Part shown: one piece after another, positions 56,345 to 64,000 of the stretch
How the letters are laid out: every line of letters begins with the position of its first letter
How positions within the stretch are numbered: position 1 is the stretch's first letter
Assembly: GCA_037441385.1 (NCBI GenBank)
Contig: JBBISH010000012.1
Location: forward strand, 22,480 to 86,479
Reading direction: 5' to 3'
DNA: 64,000 nucleotides
Source: Myxococcales bacterium
GTDB lineage: Bacteria; Myxococcota_A; UBA9042
Translations under genes and position numbers: made by a program
The notes under the pieces: generated by a model
The model's input: the letters and a program-made list of their open reading frames with translations, nothing else
What the model was told of the DNA's origin: nothing
The model's database searches: none

Positions 56345-56500
56345 TGCTCGCATCGGTCGCTGCCCATCGCGCAGGGTGTGGCCCGGAGGCACAACCCGCA
56401 AGTATGCCAGAACCTGCCCGCCTCGCCAGATCTATCGCGAAAGCCGCAGGATCGTGGTACAAGCCCGGCCCCGCGCCGGGTTCGGCTGCGCGAGGTGGAC

Positions 56501-58081
56501 ATGCCGGCATCCGTGGCCTTGGTTGGTTTTGGTCCGTGGGGCCGCAACATCGCGCGCAACCTCAACCAACTTGGCGCCTTGGCCGTGGTGTGCGACCCCG
56601 ATCCGCAGGCGCGGCAGGCGGCCAAGGCCGCGTATCCGCAAGTGCAGACGGTGGATCGCCCCGAACTGGTGCCGGGCGATTGTGCGGTGGCGATCGCCGC
56701 GCCGGCCGCCCAGCATGCCGAGCTGGCCCGGCTGTTCTTGAGCCGCAAGCAGCACGTTTTTGTCGAAAAGCCGCTGGCTTTGCGCGTCGATGAGTGCCCA
56801 CCGCTGCTGGCTCTGGCCAAAGAGCACGGGCTCGTCCTGCAGGTGGGCCACTTGCTGCACCATCACCCGGCCGTCAATGCCTTGGACGCGCTGATCCAAA
56901 AGGGTGCGCTGGGTCGGCTGCAGTACCTGTCCTCCAACCGATTGAACCTGGGCCGATTTCGCCGCGAAGAGAATTCGCTGTGGTCCTTTGCGCCGCACGA
57001 CATCGCGGTGATGCTGCGGCTGGTGGGGGCGCTGCCCGAGCGCGTCGCGGCCACCGGCGGCAACTTCCTGCACCCGCAAATCGCAGATACTACGCTAACT
57101 TCGCTGTCGTGGCCCAGCGGCGTGCAAGGCCACATCTACGTGTCGTGGCTGCACCCGTTCAAGGAACAACGGCTGGTGGTGGTGGGTTCGGACGCCATGG
57201 CCGTGTTCGACGATCAACTGCCGTGGTCGCACAAGCTGGTGCTCTACCGCCATGGGGTCGAGTGGCAAAACGGCGTGCCCGTGCCGCGCAAGGCCGAGCC
57301 CGAGTCCGTGGCCCTGCAGCAGGACGAGCCGCTCCTTCGCGAGATGCAAGTCTTTTTGGACGCCGTGGCCAACCCGAGCCTGCCGCTGGTGGCCGACGGC
57401 GCCGAGGGTGCGCGGGTATTGCGCGTGCTCGACGCCGCGGAGCGCTCTTTGGGCCAGCAGGGCACGCCCGTGGTACTGGCGGCGCAGGACAGCCGGCCGG
57501 TGCGCATCCACCCCAGCGCGGTGGTCGGCAGCAAGGCTCAAGTGGGCGAAGGAACTTCGATTTGGCACTTCGTCCACGTCATGGACGGCGCCCGCATTGG
57601 CCGCGACTGCTCGCTGGGCCAGAACGTGTTCGTCCAAGACGGCGCAGTGTTGGGCGATCGCGTGCGCGTGCAAAACAACGTCTCGATCTACAAGGGCGTC
57701 ACCTTGGGCGACGGCGTATTTTGCGGCCCCAGCTGCGTCTTTACCAACGTGGTCCGCCCGCGCGCCGACGTCAGCCGCAAAGACGAGTTCGCCGCCACCC
57801 AAGTCGGCGCCGGGGCCACGATCGGCGCCAACGCCACGGTGGTGTGCGGCAACTCCATCGGAGCCCACGCTTTTATTGCCGCTGGCGCCGTGGTCACCCG
57901 GCCCGTGCCGGCCCACGCTTTGGTCAGCGGCAACCCGGCCCGCATCCGCGGCTGGGTGTGCAAGTGCGGAGAAAAGCTGACGCTATCCGCCAAACCCGCC
58001 GCAGGCGACGCCGCCACCTGCCACCGCTGCAACCAGTCGTGGCGCAGCGACGGCGAAAACCTGTTCCCCGTCAGCCACTGA
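56501..58081 (+). CDS. Gfo/Idh/MocA oxidoreductase fused to a hexapeptide N-acetyltransferase (WbpB-WbpD-like)
   Basis: [19 protein letters not shown]; then IHPSAVV...IWHF...LGQNV...QNNVSIY...[11 protein letters not shown]. Confidence 0.88.
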   Translation: MPASVALVGFGPWGRNIARNLNQLGALAVVCDPDPQARQAAKAAYPQVQTVDRPELVPGDCAVAIAAPAAQHAELARLFLSRKQHVFVEKPLALRVDECPPLLALAKEHGLVLQVGHLLHHHPAVNALDALIQKGALGRLQYLSSNRLNLGRFRREENSLWSFAPHDIAVMLRLVGALPERVAATGGNFLHPQIADTTLTSLSWPSGVQGHIYVSWLHPFKEQRLVVVGSDAMAVFDDQLPWSHKLVLYRHGVEWQNGVPVPRKAEPESVALQQDEPLLREMQVFLDAVANPSLPLVADGAEGARVLRVLDAAERSLGQQGTPVVLAAQDSRPVRIHPSAVVGSKAQVGEGTSIWHFVHVMDGARIGRDCSLGQNVFVQDGAVLGDRVRVQNNVSIYKGVTLGDGVFCGPSCVFTNVVRPRADVSRKDEFAATQVGAGATIGANATVVCGNSIGAHAFIAAGAVVTRPVPAHALVSGNPARIRGWVCKCGEKLTLSAKPAAGDAATCHRCNQSWRSDGENLFPVSH

Positions 58082-58098
58082 CGCCGCCGAGGTCCGCC

Positions 58099-59241
58099 AT
58101 GGGCTTGCCGCCCGTCCCATTTTACGACGCCGCCCGCGCATTGATGCCCTACCGCGAGGCGCTGCACGACGCTCTGCAACGGTGCCTGGAGCATGGCACT
58201 TTTGTCCTGGGGCCCGAGGTGCAACGCTTTGAGCAAAGCCTGGCGAACTACCTGGGCCTGCCGCACGCGGTGGGCGTGTCATCGGGCACGGACGCGCTGC
58301 TGGCGACCTTCCTGGCCCTCCAAACCGACCACGGCGCCGCTACGCCACTGCAACCGGGCGACGAAGTGCTGACCACGCCGTACTCGTTCATTGCCTCGGC
58401 CACTTCGATCCTGCGCGCCGGGCTGCGGCCCGTGTTCGCTGATCTGGCGCCGGGCCAATTCCACCCGGGTGCCGCCGAGTTCGAGCGCGCCTGGACGCCC
58501 AAGACCCGCGCGGTGCTGGCGGTGCACCTGTTTGGCGAACCGCTGGATTTGGCGCCCATCCAGGCGCTCTGCGAGGCCCGCGGCGCGGTGCTGGTCGAAG
58601 ACTGTGCGCAGTCGATCGGCGCCCAATTCGCCGACGGCAACCACGTGTCTACCAAGGGCATTGCCGGCTGTTTCTCGTTCTTCCCGGCCAAGAACCTGGG
58701 CGCGCTGGGCGACGGCGGCGCGGTCGTCACCAAGCACGACGGGCTGGCGGCCAAGCTGCGCGAAAAACGCCAGCACGGTCAAGCCAAGCGCTATCAATTC
58801 GAGACGTTGGGGGGCAATTTCCGCCTGGATGCCCTGCAAGCGGCCTTCTTGGGCGTGCTGTTGCCCCACCTGCCGGCGTGGCTGGAAGATCGCCGGCGGC
58901 GCGCGTACAACTACCTAACTCAACTGGGTGATTTTGCCAAGCGCCACCCCGATCGCCTGCAACTGCCCGCGGATGTGCCGGGCCACGCGTGGAATCAGTT
59001 CGTGATTCGCTCTGGCCAGCGCGACCGTCTGCAGCAAGCGCTGAAGGATGCTGGCATTCCCACCCAGATCTACTACCCGTCGGCGCTGCACCAGCAAGGT
59101 GCGCTGGCCGCCGCCCAACCGCCCGCCCACCTGCCCCAGGCCGAGCGGGCCTGCACACAAGTCCTGGCCCTGCCGATCGCGCCGGGCCTGACCGCCGCCG
59201 AAGAGCAACGCGTGATCGATGCTATCCTTGCCGCGTGGTAG
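58099..59241 (+). CDS. DegT/DnrJ/EryC1/StrS aminotransferase (WbpE-like)
   Basis: SSGTDAL, EDCAQSIGA, SFFPAKNLGALGDGG, NFRLDALQAA. Confidence 0.92.
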   Translation: MGLPPVPFYDAARALMPYREALHDALQRCLEHGTFVLGPEVQRFEQSLANYLGLPHAVGVSSGTDALLATFLALQTDHGAATPLQPGDEVLTTPYSFIASATSILRAGLRPVFADLAPGQFHPGAAEFERAWTPKTRAVLAVHLFGEPLDLAPIQALCEARGAVLVEDCAQSIGAQFADGNHVSTKGIAGCFSFFPAKNLGALGDGGAVVTKHDGLAAKLREKRQHGQAKRYQFETLGGNFRLDALQAAFLGVLLPHLPAWLEDRRRRAYNYLTQLGDFAKRHPDRLQLPADVPGHAWNQFVIRSGQRDRLQQALKDAGIPTQIYYPSALHQQGALAAAQPPAHLPQAERACTQVLALPIAPGLTAAEEQRVIDAILAAW

Positions 59242-59280
59242 CCTCCACCGGCCTGCCCTACGCCCTGACCCCGGAGAACT

Positions 59281-59946
59281 ATGAACCGCAAAGTCCTCAA
59301 TCCCAATCGCAACATGGCCGCGCACGACGACGACGATGACGACGACACCCCGCCACCCGCCGAGAAGCCGGTGGTAGAAAAGGAGCCGACCAAGCCCGAC
59401 TTGACCGAGCGCATGCTCAAAGCGCGCACCGTGCTCATCTCGTCGGCGATCGACGACAAAGTGGCCGCTCGCGTCATTGGCGAACTGCTGCTGCTCGAGG
59501 CCGACGACCCGACCAAGCCCATCACGGTGTACTTGAATTCGCCCGGCGGCAGCGTCACGGCCGGCTTTGCGATCTACGACACCTTGCGCCTGGTTTCGCC
59601 GCAGATCCGCATCCTGTGCGTGGGCCTGACCGCGTCGATCGCCACGATCATCTTGCTGGGCGCGCGCAAAGAAGATCGCCTAAGCCTGCCCAACACGCGC
59701 CTGCTGATCCACCAGCCGCTCATCGCCGGCAACGTCTATGGCCCGGCCAGCGACCTGGAGATCACCGCCAACGAGATCCTGAAAACGCGCGACCGCTTGA
59801 ACAAGTTGCTGGCGGCCGAAACCGGGCAAGACCTGTCCCGCATCGAGGCGGATACCCACCGCGATTTCTGGATGACCGCGCAAGAAGCTGTGGAGTACGG
59901 GTTGATTGCGCGCATTGTGTCGTCGCGCGCCGAGATCGACCAGTAG
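59281..59946 (+). CDS. clpP: ATP-dependent Clp protease proteolytic subunit
   Basis: YLNSPGGSVTAG, TASIA, IHQP, RDFWMTAQEAVEYGLI. Confidence 0.93.
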   Translation: MNRKVLNPNRNMAAHDDDDDDDTPPPAEKPVVEKEPTKPDLTERMLKARTVLISSAIDDKVAARVIGELLLLEADDPTKPITVYLNSPGGSVTAGFAIYDTLRLVSPQIRILCVGLTASIATIILLGARKEDRLSLPNTRLLIHQPLIAGNVYGPASDLEITANEILKTRDRLNKLLAAETGQDLSRIEADTHRDFWMTAQEAVEYGLIARIVSSRAEIDQ

Positions 59947-59958
59947 CCTGCCCAACGG

Positions 59959-60141
59959 CTACATATCGATGATCACGACCCCATTGTGATCGTCATCGCG
60001 GCCGGCGTCGCGGTCGCGGTCCCAAAGCGGCGGCCGTTCGAGCGGGAAGCGCCCGGGCGGCTCCAAGCGAGGCTGCTGGCGGTCTTGCCGCGTCTGCTCC
60101 TCGCGTCGCTTGATTTGTTCGATGATGAAGGCGTCGAGCAT
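59959..60141 (-). CDS. Small hypothetical protein (60 aa)
   Basis: GGAGG Shine-Dalgarno; protein-like MLDAFIIEQIKRRE...GVVIIDM. Confidence 0.7.
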   Translation of the reverse strand: MLDAFIIEQIKRREEQTRQDRQQPRLEPPGRFPLERPPLWDRDRDAGRDDDHNGVVIIDM

Positions 60142-60479
60142 GGCAACCTCCAGTCGGGCCGGCTAGCCGATCAGGTCCGTAGCCTAATCCGGCACTTGGC
60201 CCAGTGGCTGGCTTGGCCCGCGGGCCGTTCCAGCCGGAACCTCTCCAAGGTTCCTACCGATCAGACGCGCGAACCCTGGCGAAAGTTCATGCGCCCTGTT
60301 ATCGACCGAGTTCTCCTCGAAACTGCAAAGGTGCTGATCATGCAGGCCGGCTCACCGCGAATCGACCCTGGGACCACCCGGAGCATCGCCTTGCTCCTAA
60401 GCTCAAGCTAGCATCGTGGCCGCGCCCCGGCAAATTTGCGATCCGCCGCACTGACGAAAATGTCATGCCGCGCCAGGAA

Positions 60480-61265
60480 TCAAGGCTGCGCGGCCAGGGA
60501 CGCGATGAACGCGGCAATCGGCTGAGAAAACTGCGAATCCGGCTGGCCATCGCAGTGCAGGCTGAGCGGCGCGGCGGCGGGCAAGGGCGCACGCCCCACA
60601 GCAGCCAAGACGCGCACGGGCTCGGAGTCGGCAGGTCGGTGGAGGAGCGGCCAAAACTGCGCATGAACTCCAGGGCTTTGCAGTGCCTGCTGCAGCCGCT
60701 GGCGGTGCTTCCACGGATAGATCACGCAGCCCACGCCGTGGCGGTCGATGGCGGTCAGCAGCGCGTTCGCCAGCGCGGGCAACGCCGTGCCGGTGTCGAA
60801 ATGCGCCAGCCGCCGCTCGGGATCCGGCGGAGGCTGGTCGGGATACAGGCGGAAAGGCGGGTTGCACAGCACCAGGTCCGCGCTGGCCGGTGCGGGTCCG
60901 TGGGCCAGGTCGACTTGGTGCACGGTGCTGCGGTCGGCAAGGCCGTTGTAGGCCAGGTTGCGGCGCGCCCGGTCAGCCAGTTGCGGTTGCAACTCGTACA
61001 AGTGGGCGCGGCAGGTAGGCAGGGCCAAGGCGGCAGCAATCGCCACGAGCCCAGAGCCGGCCCCCAGATCGGCCAGGTCGCGCACCGGCAGGCCGATCTG
61101 CCGGGCCAGGCTCACGCCGAACCACGCCAAAGCCAGCGAATCGACCGACGTGCGGTAGCCGGCGCGCGCCTGCACCAAGCCGACGCGGTCGCCCCACAGC
61201 AGATCGAATGTTTCTTGGGGATGGATCGCGGGCGGCGCCAAACCGGGGCGCGGCGAACCGGCCAC
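60480..61265 (-). CDS. SAM-dependent methyltransferase, tRNA1(Val) m6A37 (YfiC/TrmN6)-like
   Basis: QARAGYRTSVDSLAL, DLGAGSG, ELQ, CNPPF. Confidence 0.8.
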   Translation of the reverse strand: MAGSPRPGLAPPAIHPQETFDLLWGDRVGLVQARAGYRTSVDSLALAWFGVSLARQIGLPVRDLADLGAGSGLVAIAAALALPTCRAHLYELQPQLADRARRNLAYNGLADRSTVHQVDLAHGPAPASADLVLCNPPFRLYPDQPPPDPERRLAHFDTGTALPALANALLTAIDRHGVGCVIYPWKHRQRLQQALQSPGVHAQFWPLLHRPADSEPVRVLAAVGRAPLPAAAPLSLHCDGQPDSQFSQPIAAFIASLAAQP

Positions 61266-61268
61266 CGG

Positions 61269-62876
61269 CTAGCGCGCCAGGAAGCGCTGCGGCCCGCTGG
61301 CCAGCGACAAGGGTGGCAACACCACGGGCATGGTTTGGGCCATGCCGCCAGCGGACGGCACGGCAACCTGGGCGGTCGGCTCGCCCTTCTGGCTCTCGGC
61401 ATAGAACAGATAGCCCGCCAGACCGGCCAGCGCCACACCGGCCCCCAGGCCCACGCCGGCCACCATCGCCTTGGTCTCGGACGAGGCCACGAAGTCCTTG
61501 ACCTGCTGGTCGTATTCCGACTTGTTGTGCGCGGTGTTGTAGCCGTCGCACTTCTGCGAAGGGTCGGCGCAGTAATAGGCAGTAATACCATTGAGGTTCA
61601 AGTACTTGCTAAACGCAGCACCGGTACCCAGCAGCACCACCGCGCCACCCGCGGCGGCCCAGCCGGGCGTTGACTTGTACCACGCGCTGCCACCGCCGCC
61701 GCCGCTGCCGGGCTCGGCGACGTTCTTGTCGGCCTTTTCGCCCAACATCGTGACCAGCACGCGGTTGACGGCGCGGGGGCTGATTCCGACCTTGGGCACC
61801 TTGACCTCGGTCGCGGAGCGGATGATGCGCGCGCCCGCCACATCGATGAGGTACGAGTTCAGCTTGCCGCCGCTGACGCCCACGACGCACACCAGGTTGA
61901 CCTCGATGTCCTTGCCAACGAGCACGGCATCGGCCACCAACCGCGCCTCGGCGGCCTTCAGGTCCGAGTACATCAGGCCAACGTGGTCTTCTTCCAGCGC
62001 CAGGTGCGATTCAAAGCCGATGTCGGCCGTGAACTTAGCCACCGCCCCACCCTTGACCTCGACCTTGTGGAGCATCGAGCTCTGGTCGCCAGACTGCAGG
62101 CGGATGCCGTAGTTGCCTGGGATCAGGTCGGCGACCGTGGCGGGCGTCGCGGCGCGGTCGTTGCCGCCCAGAATGATGCGCGCGCCCGACGGGTTCGAGG
62201 TGACCTCGACCGAGCCCTTGGGCATCTTCTCGACTTTCTTGACTTCCGCCTTGAACAGCTCGACCACGTCGGGGCGGTAGTTGTCGTCTGTGACCGGCGC
62301 CTTGAGGCCAAAAGTGGTGATGACGGTACGGAAAACGTCGACCGCGGCGGGCTTGTCGCCGGCCGCGACATACGCCGTCGCCAACTGGGCCAGCACGTCC
62401 AGGTATTCTTTGCGCAGCTTCTCGTCGGCGCCCGGTGCGGCGATGGCGCCTCGATAGCGCGATTCGGCCGTCACCAAGGCCTTGATGGCGCCCAGAAAAT
62501 CCGCATTATCCAGCAGATCCACGCCACGCTTGCGCGCTTCCGCCAACTGCTGGCGGCGCTCGGGTGTCACAGCCGATGGCACCTGCTCGCGGTCCTTGCG
62601 CACCTTGTCCGCGGTGGTCTTGCCGTCGACCAGGATGACGTCGCTGGGGGCCTCCTGGCGGAACGCCTTGAGCACCTCGTCCAGGTACGGTCCGGTCTGG
62701 CTGTCGGCCACTTCGCCCGAACGGAGCTCGATCACAGCCAAGGTACGCTCGACATCGGCCCCGTCTGCAGCAAAGGCCAGCGGCGCCGACGCGAGGGTCG
62801 CCGCGACGGCCACCCACAAACCGGCGATCGTCCGGCCAAGTCGCGCCGCGACCTGTCCACGCGCCGGGCTGTTCAT
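61269..62876 (-). CDS. PEGA domain protein with TPR-like region and C-terminal membrane segments
   Basis: Signal peptide; VEVTSNPSGARIILGG...TPATV..L.PGNY. Confidence 0.8.
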   Translation of the reverse strand: MNSPARGQVAARLGRTIAGLWVAVAATLASAPLAFAADGADVERTLAVIELRSGEVADSQTGPYLDEVLKAFRQEAPSDVILVDGKTTADKVRKDREQVPSAVTPERRQQLAEARKRGVDLLDNADFLGAIKALVTAESRYRGAIAAPGADEKLRKEYLDVLAQLATAYVAAGDKPAAVDVFRTVITTFGLKAPVTDDNYRPDVVELFKAEVKKVEKMPKGSVEVTSNPSGARIILGGNDRAATPATVADLIPGNYGIRLQSGDQSSMLHKVEVKGGAVAKFTADIGFESHLALEEDHVGLMYSDLKAAEARLVADAVLVGKDIEVNLVCVVGVSGGKLNSYLIDVAGARIIRSATEVKVPKVGISPRAVNRVLVTMLGEKADKNVAEPGSGGGGGSAWYKSTPGWAAAGGAVVLLGTGAAFSKYLNLNGITAYYCADPSQKCDGYNTAHNKSEYDQQVKDFVASSETKAMVAGVGLGAGVALAGLAGYLFYAESQKGEPTAQVAVPSAGGMAQTMPVVLPPLSLASGPQRFLAR

Positions 62877-63215
62877 CCAGGTATTTTCACAGGAATTTCG
62901 ATGCTGCACGTGCGCCCCGCGATGCCGATTCCGCTCGACTGACTGCACCTTCGGCCTTCGGCGCGGCCATCATAGAGCCGCGAGGCGCCGCGGTCAAGCG
63001 ATCGCGAGGGGCCGCGTCGGCAATAACCCATTGAACTTCAACGGTCTCGCCCAAAGGGGCGGCCGGTGGTGCCAAGGGTGATACTGCGGGTGATACCGGT
63101 CTCAGTCTCGGTATCGGCTAGGGCGGCCAGGCACGTTGAACACAAACCGATTTTTCCTGGCACGGACCGTGCAACAGGCGACGTCTGGCGCGGTCCATCG
63201 CGTCCAGGGGGCACC

Positions 63216-63956
63216 ATGGTCACTTTGCATGGCCAATGCCGGGCGGGTCGGGTGCCGACCTGGCTCGGGCTGGCGACGATTGTGCTGGCAACCTTTGGCT
63301 GCAGCGCGCCGACGCAGCCGCAGCAGCGAGCGACGGGGCCCGCGCCAGACGCCGGTGGCGCCGCCTTGAGCCGAGCGGTCGAGGCGCCGGCCGCTGCCAC
63401 GCCTGCCGCTCTCAGCCCACCTCAGCTGGTCATCAGCGAACTGCTTACCGATCCGCTCTTGCGCGACGAGGGCGTGGGCGACTACGTCGAGATCGTCAAC
63501 CTGGCGCGTCAGCGGGTCTTGCTGGCCGAATTGGCGCTGCTGCTCCCCAATGGTCGGCGGCTACCGCTGCTCCGGTCCGCGCGGCCGTGGCTGGAACCAG
63601 GCGAGGTGGCCGTCGCCCAAAGTCAAGCAGTGGGCGATCGCGTGCAGGTCAAGGGCCTGCGGCTGCCCAACGCCGCCGGCCGGGTAGAACTGCTGTGGCG
63701 AGGGCGGCCAGTCGATGCGGCGACCTGGCTGCGCAAGCGCCCATGGCCCAAGCCGAAACCTGGGGTGGCTTTGGAGCGCCTGAGCCCTGCTCTGGACGGC
63801 AGTTCGCCGCGGGCCTGGAGGGCCGCGTCGGCGGTGGTCGATCGCTTGGAGCGCGGTTCGCCAGGCAAGATCGACTGGCCTTGCCCAGCTTTGCAGGGCA
63901 CGGCGCTGGAGCGCGAGTGCCCCAAGCCAGCCAAGACGCGGGGTTGCCAGGGATGA
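63216..63956 (+). CDS. Lamin-tail-domain lipoprotein
   Basis: LATFGC lipobox; LVISELLTDP...DYVEIVN...LEPGE...GSPG. Confidence 0.7.
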   Translation: MVTLHGQCRAGRVPTWLGLATIVLATFGCSAPTQPQQRATGPAPDAGGAALSRAVEAPAAATPAALSPPQLVISELLTDPLLRDEGVGDYVEIVNLARQRVLLAELALLLPNGRRLPLLRSARPWLEPGEVAVAQSQAVGDRVQVKGLRLPNAAGRVELLWRGRPVDAATWLRKRPWPKPKPGVALERLSPALDGSSPRAWRAASAVVDRLERGSPGKIDWPCPALQGTALERECPKPAKTRGCQG

Positions 63957-64000
63957 GGCCGGTCCGGGTCCCGGTTCTGGCCTGGGTGGGGATGCGCGTC

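Noticed and set aside
55094..56500. N-terminal extension of the 995-aa ORF, and similar extensions at 42398-43294 and 56794-58098
   Set aside because: They overlap real genes; the domain-bearing parts begin at 56501, 43295 and 58099.

Overview
High-GC bacterial DNA whose gene content points to a Myxococcota-like (deltaproteobacterial) host: Ser/Thr kinases, FHA, TIGR02266-like PilZ, PEGA and Cys-rich lipoproteins. The backbone holds housekeeping and envelope genes (radC, rsmG, ribB fusion, pssA, lgt, mtgA, rpmB, clpP, tRNA-Gln, tRNA-Glu, wbpB/D/E-like sugar genes) and a five-gene Haliangium-ochraceum-type bacterial microcompartment locus (BMC-T, BMC-H, BMC-P, aldehyde dehydrogenase, BMC-T; 14011-17701). 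The most unusual part is a ~14.1-kb element (25135-39227) integrated at a tRNA-fMet gene between 65-bp direct repeats. It encodes a tyrosine integrase, an excisionase-like HTH, a primase-like protein, a DnaB-like helicase, an orphan Rep candidate next to four iteron-like repeats, an XRE regulator and surface-lipoprotein cargo, but no recognisable virion or conjugation genes. The tRNA-fMet copy behind the promoter has 22 nt of D-arm and anticodon stem replaced. The original tRNA 3' end is followed by 104-bp tandem repeats that each fold into a CCA-ended tRNA-like minihelix. All calls come from reading motifs by eye; no database searches were run, and several start codons are uncertain.
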